A DNA stretch of 35,175 nucleotides. It comes from an uncultured archaeon (GTDB taxonomy: Archaea; Asgardarchaeota; Lokiarchaeia; Sigyniarchaeales; SOKP01). A program made the position numbers and the translations under genes. Positions 1-9,231 of this stretch are shown in pieces; position 1 is the first letter of the stretch; each line of letters opens with the position of its first letter. The notes under the pieces were generated by a model. It was not told where the DNA came from. It ran no database searches and saw only the letters and a list, made by a program, of their open reading frames with translations. The stretch lies in assembly GCA_964632315.1 (NCBI GenBank), contig CAZWEM010000050.1, positions 1-35,175 of the forward strand. Reading direction: 5' to 3'.

Positions 1-143
1 TTTCATTAGCTATAAATAGTTTTTTAAAAGCACCTTGGGCAGTGTTTTATCCAGGTCTAATGATATCGTTATCAGTAATTGGCTTTCTTCTTGTTGGAGA
101 TGGTTTAAGCGAAACCAGTTTAATGGGACAAGAGCTTCTGTGA
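1..143 (+). CDS. 3' end of ABC peptide/oligopeptide transporter permease (DppC/OppC-like), partial
   Basis: Manual translation from position 3: SLAINSFLKAPWAVFYPGLMISLSVIGFLLVGDGLSETSLMGQELL*, with TGA at 141-143. Matches the DppC/OppC C-terminal pattern APWxxxxPG...GFxLxGDGL. Not in the ORF track. Confidence 0.8.
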   Translation, partial: SLAINSFLKAPWAVFYPGLMISLSVIGFLLVGDGLSETSLMGQELL

Positions 144-154
144 ATTATTTTCAT

Positions 155-1084
155 TTATAGAAAAAGTATAATATAGTTTCCAATTATAATTAATAAAACG
201 GCAAAAATAAAACGTGGACGGAATTTTTCCTTTAATATTAAAATTGAGAGAATTTGTTGCACCATCGGGGTGTTAATTGTAAAGGTCGTAGTAAGTACTA
301 ATCCATTAATTTCTGCGGCTTTATAATACAAGGAGTCTGCAAATCCTAACGATAGAATTCCTGCTATTCCAATCCAGATATAGTATTTTCTAAACCTACG
401 ATTTTCGTTCTTAAATCCTTCAAAATATTCGCGTTTGAATATTCCAACAATTAAAAATGTCAGCCAAGCAAAACCTACTCTTAAAAAATTCGTTAGAAAT
501 ACCTCACCCGTAATTATTCTTGCTTGGTTAAATGATAATATTGCTAAAGCCCATCCAAATGCTGCACCTATTGAAAAAAGGACTCCTGATACTAATTTTT
601 CAGAATCTTGAATTTTTGGATCATTATCAAGTTTTGATTGCTTATCTTTTGTGCTAAGTATAAATACACTGCTGAGTATTAAAGTTGCTCCAATTACTAT
701 TTCTGGAGAAATTATTTCTCCAAAAAAAACAAAAGCAAATGGATATACAAAGACAAGACTTAATTGAACTAAAGGATATGCTCTTGATGCATCAATTCTT
801 TTCAATGCCATATAATATGAAAGATCTCCAAGAGTAACGCTTAAGCCTGAAATTATACAAGCGATAATGTAATCTAATCGTGCCATTTCAGATAATTCTG
901 CCATAATGAACAAGTTTCCGAATATTAGTGTAAAAATAAAAGTTCCAATTGAGACACAAGTTAAGCGAAAGAATAAACTTGCTTTTTCAGTAGCTTTTTT
1001 AAGACCCCATTTGTATACTAATGAAGCTGCAGCCCATGTAAATAAGGCATCAAGTGTTAACAAATAGCCTATTAATTCTGGCAT
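155..1084 (-). CDS. DMT/EamA-family transporter
   Basis: 309 aa with ~10 hydrophobic segments in two repeats; EamA-type motifs (YYMALKRIDASRAYPL, ILILKEKF). Confidence 0.85.
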   Translation of the reverse strand: MPELIGYLLTLDALFTWAAASLVYKWGLKKATEKASLFFRLTCVSIGTFIFTLIFGNLFIMAELSEMARLDYIIACIISGLSVTLGDLSYYMALKRIDASRAYPLVQLSLVFVYPFAFVFFGEIISPEIVIGATLILSSVFILSTKDKQSKLDNDPKIQDSEKLVSGVLFSIGAAFGWALAILSFNQARIITGEVFLTNFLRVGFAWLTFLIVGIFKREYFEGFKNENRRFRKYYIWIGIAGILSLGFADSLYYKAAEINGLVLTTTFTINTPMVQQILSILILKEKFRPRFIFAVLLIIIGNYIILFL

Positions 1085-1172
1085 TAATTTGAAACTATTT
1101 AGGATTGTTTTAAAAGTATATGAAATAGTAAATTAGCTATTATTATCTAATCGAAAACAACTCAATTTAGTT

Positions 1173-1799
1173 TTAATTAAAGGTATCTTGATTCTGAAAT
1201 GTATGGATTGTTATGAGAAATATCCAAAAGCTAATCGCAAAAACCATTATCCATTCAATTATTGGAATCCAGGTGAAAAGAAAGACTATCTCAACTAATA
1301 CGACGGTAAATGAAGAATAAGTATGAATTTTAAGAAAGCTCTCACTTTTATAAAAAATTATTCCAAATAAACTTAGATATCCTACTCCACAAATCCAACA
1401 AATCATTGCAATTGTTCCATGTAATGTAAATAAAACGATATTTGTCCGTACTGAGGGGAATACACCTATAAAAGTAAAGAAAATGCATGATAAAATCGCT
1501 AAAATCATCGCAATTCTATGTATTTTATAATTTAAATTCTCAACTTTCAGGTGTGGTCCTAAATAAATATAGAATAAAAATGCAAATATCCCAGAAAGAA
1601 TTGTGCCCAGATTAAAAAATATAGCTCCTGGACCGGTTCCTAAATCACTAACCATTAAAGTTAGATTATAACCTGGATACATGATAAAGCTTATTAAGTC
1701 TCCTAAAAGACCAATAATAATCGAAAAAAGCCCCCAAAATGGCCCTGGGATCACTTTAAATATTTGTTGAATTTTCGCAATTTTAGAATTTAAGAACAT
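1173..1799 (-). CDS. DUF998-like multi-pass membrane protein
   Basis: 208 aa, ~5-6 TM segments; YPGYN...VSDLG...FFNLG and GVFP...LHG motifs typical of DUF998. Confidence 0.65.
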   Translation of the reverse strand: MFLNSKIAKIQQIFKVIPGPFWGLFSIIIGLLGDLISFIMYPGYNLTLMVSDLGTGPGAIFFNLGTILSGIFAFLFYIYLGPHLKVENLNYKIHRIAMILAILSCIFFTFIGVFPSVRTNIVLFTLHGTIAMICWICGVGYLSLFGIIFYKSESFLKIHTYSSFTVVLVEIVFLFTWIPIIEWIMVFAISFWIFLITIHTFQNQDTFN

Positions 1800-1865
1800 T
1801 TTGTTAGAGAAGAAAATATAATATATTAATCATATCCTACTAAATTATATCTAATAATAAGCGAT

Positions 1866-3053
1866 TTAGTTTGATTTTAATTTCAATAAAAACTCTTTAG
1901 ATAGGGGTTTATTAAAGAGAAACATGTCAATTGCCTGTTCCTTATATTGCTTATCTTCAAATGCTAGTTGAAACATATTGTTTAACTGTTTTCCATCCTC
2001 CTCAAAGAAGAAATCTACCATTGATCGCTTGAGTTTAAAGTTTCTAATGATTTTTTTAATGTTGGGATGAAATTTATATGCTTTAAGGCAACTTTTACCG
2101 AAATTTTCGTCTTGCAAAGCATTTATAGCTGTTTTTGCCGCAATTTCACCTGATACAACGCTTGGATGTATTCCTTCTCCGCTTATTGGAGATACGAAGC
2201 CTGCAGCATCTCCTATGACCATCGTATTATCATCATACAGAACACTTTCTCTAACGCCTTGTCCAGGCATTGAATATGAACCCAACCACCTCGTTTTATA
2301 ATTTCTTGCAGTTAAAATTTTCTTAGTAATTGGATTCTTGAGGAAATTGTGAAAAATCTCATTCTGATTATATTTTAAGTTATCCTCATTACAAGTTCCA
2401 CATCCCACGTTGAATTGATTATCCTTTAATGGAAAAATCCATCCATATCCTTTATAGGATTGAAAAAACATGGAAATTTTCGTTTTATCTATTGTTATAT
2501 CTCCTTCCATAATAGCACATTTCGCTTGATAAGTCTCTTTAATCCGCCATTTATTTTTTGGGTTCAATCTTATTGCTAATTTAGAACTCATACCATCTGC
2601 TACAATGGTGATTGGAGCCAAATATTCTTTTATCTCACCCGAAACTTTAGTTTTTATTCCATAGCGTTTTCCATCCTTGTTTATAAAATCAAAAGCAATA
2701 TTTTTATCATATAACTCCGCACCGGAATCAACAGCTATTTCTCTTATAATGTTATCAAATTCCTGTCTGTCCACATTTATTGATGTTTCTCGAATATCTT
2801 TCCAAGAATAATCTATCCTATTTCCATCACTAGAATACATCGATGCTCCATTTATTTCATGAAAATTAAGCTTTCTTAATTGTGGAAAATATTTAAAAAT
2901 CCGAGAGCTAACGGCACCACCACACGGTTTTCTCCAATCTTTATTTTTTTCTATTAACGCTACCTTAAACCCTGCATTAGCAAGAGTTTCTGCGCATTTA
3001 CAACCTGATGGACCTGCTCCAGATATAACTACATCAAACATCTGTATATCCAA
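1866..3053 (-). CDS. Geranylgeranyl reductase family FAD-dependent oxidoreductase
   Basis: GAGPSG FAD motif, KPCGG, ADG, GYGWIFP and GDAAG...GEGI. TTG start at 3053; ATG at 3041 is an alternative. Confidence 0.88.
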   Translation of the reverse strand: MDIQMFDVVISGAGPSGCKCAETLANAGFKVALIEKNKDWRKPCGGAVSSRIFKYFPQLRKLNFHEINGASMYSSDGNRIDYSWKDIRETSINVDRQEFDNIIREIAVDSGAELYDKNIAFDFINKDGKRYGIKTKVSGEIKEYLAPITIVADGMSSKLAIRLNPKNKWRIKETYQAKCAIMEGDITIDKTKISMFFQSYKGYGWIFPLKDNQFNVGCGTCNEDNLKYNQNEIFHNFLKNPITKKILTARNYKTRWLGSYSMPGQGVRESVLYDDNTMVIGDAAGFVSPISGEGIHPSVVSGEIAAKTAINALQDENFGKSCLKAYKFHPNIKKIIRNFKLKRSMVDFFFEEDGKQLNNMFQLAFEDKQYKEQAIDMFLFNKPLSKEFLLKLKSN

Positions 3054-3176
3054 GTTAAATTTGTTGAATTTATGTTATTTTAAATTTGAACTTATATAAC
3101 ATTTTAGTTTTAAGTTTTTTTAGAATTATAAGCAACTTCAGAAATAATTTAATTATATAAAATTTTTAGTATATCC

Positions 3177-4373
3177 ATGAATAATGAAACTTACGACTTT
3201 TTAATAGTTGGTGCAGGACCCGCTGGAATGACAGCTGGAATCGTAGCTGCTAGAAATGGATTTTCCGCTATAATTCTTGAAAAAGGAGATAAAGCGGGTC
3301 CTAAACCAAGGGGAGAGGGAATGGGCTATTTTCCCGTTGTTGATGAGATTTTAGGTGTAGATTTTTTACCTTCAATTGGACTTAAATCTAATAGTGGTCG
3401 AGTTTGGCATTCTCCTGGAGATCAAAAACAAATAACAACTTTTAAGGACTATCCTCATTATTTTTTTGAATGGAGGCGATTTATTGATCGTTTTGTTAAA
3501 AATTTACAGGAGGAAGGAGTCGAACTAAAACTAAATTCTGAGGTTTTAAGTCCGATCGAGAAAGAAGGGAAATGTATAGGAGTTAAATATAAAAATAAGG
3601 ATAATATCGAAGAAATTTATGGTAAAGTGATTCTTGATTGTAGTGGATATGAAGGGGTGATTGCTAAAAATTATGGGATAGATTATGAGAAAATACGATG
3701 CCCTATAATTAAATGCCTTATTAGTAATGCAAATTATAATTTAGATAGTACCCCCGATTTGCAATTTTATTTCATCGGAAATGGAGATTTAGGATATTCT
3801 CCTAATTTTCCTCCTTCTGTTGCATATTTCTTTCCTTTAAATGGAGATCGAGCTGAAGTAGGATTAATGTTAAGAATGGCTCAAGTCCCAAATATGAATA
3901 CAGTTATAATTCCTAGTGAATCCGAGATAATTTATGTGTGGAGTAAGATCAAACAAGAATATCCCGGTTTTAACGTCTATTTTAAGAATGCTCGTATCGA
4001 TTATGAGGAATTAACTAGTTTGCCTAACGCTAAAATGGCAGATTCATTTGTTCCTTGCCCTGGCTTAGTTATTTTGGGAGATAGTGCAGGTTTTATTAAT
4101 CCTTTTGGATCTTCAGGACTCTATTATTCAATGGAGATGGCAAAAGTTTGGGTCAATATGCTATCAAATACCCTTTATCAATTTGATCTATGGTCTCCAA
4201 AAAAAATTGAATCTCTTTCGAGAGAATTTATGAATTCTCCAGTGTATGAACAAATTGCCCACATGTATAACCTTATTGGCGCATTTGAATATAAGATCTT
4301 TAATAGATTAAGAACATCAGAGAAAATTAATAAAAAATGGGATTATATTTCTAATCTCCTTAAACAAGCGTAA
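3177..4373 (+). CDS. Divergent geranylgeranyl-reductase-like FAD-dependent oxidoreductase
   Basis: GAGPAG, DCSG and GDSAGFINP motifs; carries KPRGEG and VAYFFP in place of KPCGG and YxWxFP. Confidence 0.8.
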   Translation: MNNETYDFLIVGAGPAGMTAGIVAARNGFSAIILEKGDKAGPKPRGEGMGYFPVVDEILGVDFLPSIGLKSNSGRVWHSPGDQKQITTFKDYPHYFFEWRRFIDRFVKNLQEEGVELKLNSEVLSPIEKEGKCIGVKYKNKDNIEEIYGKVILDCSGYEGVIAKNYGIDYEKIRCPIIKCLISNANYNLDSTPDLQFYFIGNGDLGYSPNFPPSVAYFFPLNGDRAEVGLMLRMAQVPNMNTVIIPSESEIIYVWSKIKQEYPGFNVYFKNARIDYEELTSLPNAKMADSFVPCPGLVILGDSAGFINPFGSSGLYYSMEMAKVWVNMLSNTLYQFDLWSPKKIESLSREFMNSPVYEQIAHMYNLIGAFEYKIFNRLRTSEKINKKWDYISNLLKQA

Positions 4374-4374
4374 A

Positions 4375-4381
4375 GAGGTGA
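4375..4381 (+). promoter_or_regulatory. Shine-Dalgarno GAGGTGA for the URO-D-family gene
   Basis: GAGGTGA immediately after the TAA of the upstream gene and 6 nt before an in-frame ACG at 4388. Confidence 0.65.
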
Positions 4382-4387
4382 AATTTA

Positions 4388-5575
4388 ACGAACGCCCGTG
4401 AAAGAGTAATTAAAGCCATTGAACATGAAGAGTCTGATAAAATTCCCTCTTATGAAGGGTCAATTGATAATTTAGCTATTATACATCATTATGGGGAAAA
4501 ATATGGTATGGACGGACTTGCCTCTCTCCAGAATTTCTTGTATAAATTGGCTTTTGGTAATAATAAACTACTGAATAAGATTATGCATTCTGTTTCACGA
4601 GGGAAAAAAGCAGGAGAGGTAGCGGTCGAACCAAGTGTTAAACTCTATAGTAAAATAGGGATTGATCTTGTTCCGATTACCCTTTGTATTCATCCATACA
4701 AATATTTTAAAAACGGTTTTATTAGTGAATTTGGACATCGATTTGAATATAAAAAAAATCCAGCTGATGGGATGACTATCTTGTATTATATGGGGGGAAG
4801 TCTAAACAATTTCGAAGATTATGAAAATTTTCCTCTTCCAAATCCAGATGATCCATTACGTGAATACTTTCATAAGGCATCGATGAAAATAGAACAAGAT
4901 TATAATGGGAAAATTTGTTGTGCTCCTGGAATTACTGGGATGATGGAAATGACTTGGGAAGGGTTTGGTTTAGAGAATTTTAGCAAACTCTTAGCTAATA
5001 GGAAAAATGCAAAGAGAGTCTTTGATGATCGAGGTAAGTTTTCTGTAGAGATGGTTAAGCGTCTAATCGAGTGGGATTATACTGGTCCAATGTTAATATT
5101 TGACGATTATGGTTATAAAAAAGGATTGTTCATGAGTCCTAAAAATTATCAAGCATTTGTATTACCTTGGTTACAAAGGATATGCGAGACAGCACATAAA
5201 GGAGGAATTAAAGTAATTTTGCATAGTTGTGGTGATATATTTCAGATTTTTGAAGAGATTATTAAATCTGGGGTTGATGCAATTCATCCTTTAGAGCCTA
5301 CTACAGCAAATCCAGATTATGATATTTTCAAGTTAAATGAGAAATATGGGGATAAAATCACCTTTGTAGGAAACGTTTCACCGCAAGATCTATCAGATAA
5401 ATTACCATATGAAATAATTGACTATACAAGAAAGTTAATTGAGCAGATAGGTCCAGGAGGAGGATTGATCTTGAGTTCAGGGCATAGCATAAATCCTGCA
5501 GTTAAATTAGAGAATTTCATTGCTATGAGAAAGGCTTTGGAGCAATACGGGAATTATCCAATTCATTCGACTTAA
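4388..5575 (+). CDS. Uroporphyrinogen decarboxylase / MtaA-CmuA superfamily protein (probable start ACG at 4388, ~395 aa; ORF track starts at 4508)
   Basis: DDYG...FMSP, ILHSCG, GNV and LILSSGHSI motifs. The 40 in-frame codons upstream of 4508 read (M)NARERVIKAIEHEESDKIP, the family's typical N-terminus. Confidence 0.8.
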   Translation, partial: TNARERVIKAIEHEESDKIPSYEGSIDNLAIIHHYGEKYGMDGLASLQNFLYKLAFGNNKLLNKIMHSVSRGKKAGEVAVEPSVKLYSKIGIDLVPITLCIHPYKYFKNGFISEFGHRFEYKKNPADGMTILYYMGGSLNNFEDYENFPLPNPDDPLREYFHKASMKIEQDYNGKICCAPGITGMMEMTWEGFGLENFSKLLANRKNAKRVFDDRGKFSVEMVKRLIEWDYTGPMLIFDDYGYKKGLFMSPKNYQAFVLPWLQRICETAHKGGIKVILHSCGDIFQIFEEIIKSGVDAIHPLEPTTANPDYDIFKLNEKYGDKITFVGNVSPQDLSDKLPYEIIDYTRKLIEQIGPGGGLILSSGHSINPAVKLENFIAMRKALEQYGNYPIHST

Positions 5576-5708
5576 AAAGTTAACCAACTGCTTTTTTTAT
5601 TAAAATCATTATGAAAATATAAAAAAACACTTTTATCGTTCTGTTGAGTAAAACCTTATAACTAAAAAATTTAAAGAAGAAGTCAAATAATTCAGATAAT
5701 TTTTAACT

Positions 5709-6125
5709 TTATTTCCCAGTAAACTTTACCATCTTTATCTCTTTGAGACTTCTAACTATTTCTTGATAATCTATTTTCTTTGATACTAAATGGGCTAATA
5801 TTGAACTGAAACCAAATCCTTTTAGAAATTGTTTTTGATCATCTTTTGAAATTTCGATACTAATCTGTTCTGGAAGCGTTGAATTCATAACTATTATTCC
5901 CATAATCTCATTAAGTCGGGGAAAAAGGTATTGTTCCACCTTTTCTCTAAATTTTGGGGCTATATCTGGTGAAGAGGCCATCAAATGAACTAGATCTCCC
6001 AAAAGCTTGATCTCTGCTTTTGGCATAGTAAGTAATCCGTATTCTTTCCCCTTCTTCTTTAAATGTGGTTTAAGCCTAATAACATTATCTTTTAAGTCGC
6101 TAAATTCATAATCCTTTTGGCTCAA
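5709..6125 (-). CDS. Hypothetical protein, 138 aa
   Basis: Isolated ORF with a TTG start preceded by an SD (GAGGTG); no recognised motif. Confidence 0.65.
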   Translation of the reverse strand: MSQKDYEFSDLKDNVIRLKPHLKKKGKEYGLLTMPKAEIKLLGDLVHLMASSPDIAPKFREKVEQYLFPRLNEIMGIIVMNSTLPEQISIEISKDDQKQFLKGFGFSSILAHLVSKKIDYQEIVRSLKEIKMVKFTGK

Positions 6126-6288
6126 ATTTAAACACCTCTTATAAATCTATTACAATTATAATCTTCCAAAAAAGTTAAGAGATTTTTGTATTAAAAGTTT
6201 ACTAATTTAACGTCAAATAAAGTCTTCCTAGTTATGCGAGTGATGTTAGAGCGATATGAAAATTATCCAATACAAATATCATAAAACC

Positions 6289-7668
6289 TTACTCAATTTT
6301 TGGTTTAGGATTGACCCTAAATACCAAGACAGGAGTCTGATTTAGATCTTCCGGAAGATAAAGAACTAAATCGTCATTCTGTTGGCTCCATTTAATTTGT
6401 GGATCATATCCTAAAATACTTACTATTGAATCATTTTGGATTTTTATTGAGTCAATTATAATTTCTCTTTCTTTAGGAAATTCCAAAATGTGAATGAATA
6501 ATGATTCTTGATTTTGAGTAAAACGAACTAAATTAACTCCTTTTGAAAACCCTTCCGCTTTAATCCATGGTTTAGTAGCAAATATTGATTCTCCATTAAT
6601 TCCTAACCATTCTCCTAAATCTAATAAAACTTTTTTCTGAAGTTCTGGGATGGTACCATCTGGCATCGGTCCAACATTCAAAAGAAGATTACCATTTTTA
6701 CTCACTATATCTACCAACATTTTAATGACGTCTCCCGATTTTAGGTATTCTTTTTCGGTTTCCATTCGATTATAACCATAAGAAAAACCAATTCCCCTAC
6801 TAGCTTCCCATTTGTAATTTGTTACCCTTGGCATTGTTTCATATTCGGGAGTGACAAAATCCCAATGCCTAACTGTAGGAACTTTCATTTCAGATTTATG
6901 AAATTGCTTCCATCTATCATTAACTACTCCATCGGGAATTTTATTATAAAAGTAAGCAAATATCTCGTATACGTTTGTATTTGGTGGATATCCAATATCA
7001 TTCCATAGTATAGTAGGTTTATAAAGATCTATTAGTTCATACCAGTGAGCGTTAGCATATTCGGTATACTCAATTTCATTGGGGCCATTCTCGATAAAAC
7101 TTTTCCCATCTATTATGGGCTCTTGTTGGAAAGACCAGTCTAAAGCTCCTGAATAGTAAAAGCCCATTTTCATACCTTTATCCCTAACGCTCTTAGTGAG
7201 GTCACTTACGATATTTCTGCTTGCATGATACCCTTTCTTTCGAGGATTTGGAAACTTACTAGGCCATAATAGGAACCCATCGTGATGTTTTGTTACTAAT
7301 ACAACATACTTTGCTCCTGCTTTTCTAAAAAGTTGTACCATCTCTTCTGGTTTCCAATTTTTTAGCTCTTTGTTGAAGATTGGAACAAAATCATCATAAG
7401 AGAAATCCTCACCATAATTTTCCTTATGAAAAGCTTGTGTAGGACTTCCAGAGATTCTAAGAGAATTGAGATACCATTCTGCATAAGGATTGTTTTTAAA
7501 ATGCTCTTCGATCCCTCTTTTCATTGATTCATTTAAATCCATTCCAGTAATTGCGAAAGCTGGAACGGAAAAAAGTCCCCAATGAATGAAAATCCCTAAC
7601 TTTGCATCATTAAACCAATTTGGAACTTCATGGTTTTTTAATGATTGTTTTGTTGGTTCGTATTTCAT
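6289..7668 (-). CDS. Alpha-L-fucosidase (GH29)
   Basis: WFNDAKLGIFIHWG, YAEWY, TKHHDGF, WND nucleophile region and DIVSKNGNLLLNVGP; no signal peptide. Confidence 0.95.
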   Translation of the reverse strand: MKYEPTKQSLKNHEVPNWFNDAKLGIFIHWGLFSVPAFAITGMDLNESMKRGIEEHFKNNPYAEWYLNSLRISGSPTQAFHKENYGEDFSYDDFVPIFNKELKNWKPEEMVQLFRKAGAKYVVLVTKHHDGFLLWPSKFPNPRKKGYHASRNIVSDLTKSVRDKGMKMGFYYSGALDWSFQQEPIIDGKSFIENGPNEIEYTEYANAHWYELIDLYKPTILWNDIGYPPNTNVYEIFAYFYNKIPDGVVNDRWKQFHKSEMKVPTVRHWDFVTPEYETMPRVTNYKWEASRGIGFSYGYNRMETEKEYLKSGDVIKMLVDIVSKNGNLLLNVGPMPDGTIPELQKKVLLDLGEWLGINGESIFATKPWIKAEGFSKGVNLVRFTQNQESLFIHILEFPKEREIIIDSIKIQNDSIVSILGYDPQIKWSQQNDDLVLYLPEDLNQTPVLVFRVNPKPKIE

Positions 7669-7713
7669 AATAATGTACTTAAAAAGGTAATAATAGAAAT
7701 AAAAAAAGAATGT

Positions 7714-9126
7714 TTAAAAATTTGGTTTTTTATCTTGCCATGGGGCAACTTCTTCGAATGCTTTAGAAACTTGTAGAACAGTTAATTCTTGGAACATTTT
7801 TCCAATAATTTGCATACCGATAGGTAATCCTTCTTTTGACCAACCACAGGGAATTGAAGCTGCAGGATGTCCTGTTAAGTTTATTGGAAACGTAAAAGCT
7901 TGCCAAGCAGTAGGTGAGACATTTTTTCCATTTATAGTCATTGGGAATGAGATACCTAAATCAAAAGCAGGTACGGCAGTGGTAGGTGTTATCAAAATAT
8001 CGTATTCTTTGAATATATTAAAAAAACTCTCAAATACCTTCTTTCTTGCATCCATTGCTCTGACAACCGATAGACCATCATATCCCAAAACGCCTTCAAC
8101 CATTTTCACTAAATCTGGATCCATTTTTTCCCGCCATTCCTTTAATTTAGGGTTTAAACTATATCCTACTTCTGAGATCCATATTGTATAGAAAGGTAGT
8201 TCAGGCTTCCTAAGTTTCATTTTGACTTTTTCTGGTTCCCAACCAAAAGAATTAAACTTTTCAATTGAATCAAGCACAGATTTCTCAACTTCAGAGTCCA
8301 CTATTTTCGCATACCCCATATCCATCGAATAAGCTATCTTCAATTTGGCTGGTTTCTCTTCAATTTTTTCATAATAACTAGTATCGTCCTTCGGGAGTGA
8401 ATGACGAAAACCTTCAAACGGACCTTTCATCACATCTAACATTAAAGCAGCATCCTTCACATGACGCGTAATTGGACCAGCGACCGATAAAGTATGAGCA
8501 AAAATATATTCTTTAGGATAATTTGGAACCCTACCAAAAGTTGGTTTTATACCATACACACCATTCAAACAAGCAGGAATTCTAATTGATCCTCCTCCAT
8601 CAGAACCTTGGGCTAATGGGCTGATTCCTGAAGCTACAGCAGCTCCAGCGCCTCCACTCGATCCTCCACAAGTTTTATTCAAGTTCCATGGATTTTTGGT
8701 TGTACCGAAAATAAGATTATCAGTCGCTCCTTTAAACCCAAACTCGGGAGTATTAGTTTTTCCTAATATAACAATACCCGCATCTTTTAACCTAGTCACG
8801 TAAACAGCATCTTCATTTGGAATGAAGTTTTCATAAATTTTTGAACCAAATGTAGTTCTTATACCCTTAGTCAGTGAAAGATCTTTAATCGAAGTTGGTA
8901 TACCATTTAGAAGACCTCCATCTCCCTTTTTAGCAAGTTCGTCAGCTTTTTTAGCCATATCTCGAGCAATATCAAAGGTAGGAGTGCAATAAGCATTTAT
9001 AATTGGATTTATCTTGTTTATCCTTTCAATAAGAGCCTCTGTAATTTCTAAAGAAGTTAATTCTTGGGTTGATATTTTCTCTCGCATATCACAAGCAGAA
9101 AGAAAACAAATTTCTTCTTTATTCAT
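7714..9126 (-). CDS. Amidase-signature family amidase (copy 1)
   Basis: IKD, GKTNTPEF, GGSSGG and GSDGGGSIRIPA. Start set at ATG 9126 (MNKEEICFLSA) by alignment to the neighbouring paralog (MKKEDICFLSA). Confidence 0.92.
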   Translation of the reverse strand: MNKEEICFLSACDMREKISTQELTSLEITEALIERINKINPIINAYCTPTFDIARDMAKKADELAKKGDGGLLNGIPTSIKDLSLTKGIRTTFGSKIYENFIPNEDAVYVTRLKDAGIVILGKTNTPEFGFKGATDNLIFGTTKNPWNLNKTCGGSSGGAGAAVASGISPLAQGSDGGGSIRIPACLNGVYGIKPTFGRVPNYPKEYIFAHTLSVAGPITRHVKDAALMLDVMKGPFEGFRHSLPKDDTSYYEKIEEKPAKLKIAYSMDMGYAKIVDSEVEKSVLDSIEKFNSFGWEPEKVKMKLRKPELPFYTIWISEVGYSLNPKLKEWREKMDPDLVKMVEGVLGYDGLSVVRAMDARKKVFESFFNIFKEYDILITPTTAVPAFDLGISFPMTINGKNVSPTAWQAFTFPINLTGHPAASIPCGWSKEGLPIGMQIIGKMFQELTVLQVSKAFEEVAPWQDKKPNF

Positions 9127-9169
9127 CCTCATCACATATTTATTAATAGGTTAAGATAAAATGCGGGAC

Positions 9170-9190
9170 GATTGAATTTAAATATTTTTT
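9170..9190 (-). promoter_or_regulatory. Putative BRE/TATA promoter of amidase copy 1
   Basis: + strand GATTGAATTTAAATATTTTTT, 44 nt from the ATG; a near-identical element sits at the same distance before amidase copy 2. Confidence 0.6.
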
Positions 9191-9231
9191 TTATTCCAGG
9201 TGAATTGGTTGGGATTTTGTAGAATATGGCT

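Noticed and set aside
4388-5575. hemE assignment
   Set aside because: Lacks the HemE N-terminal RQAGR motif and has no tetrapyrrole gene context.
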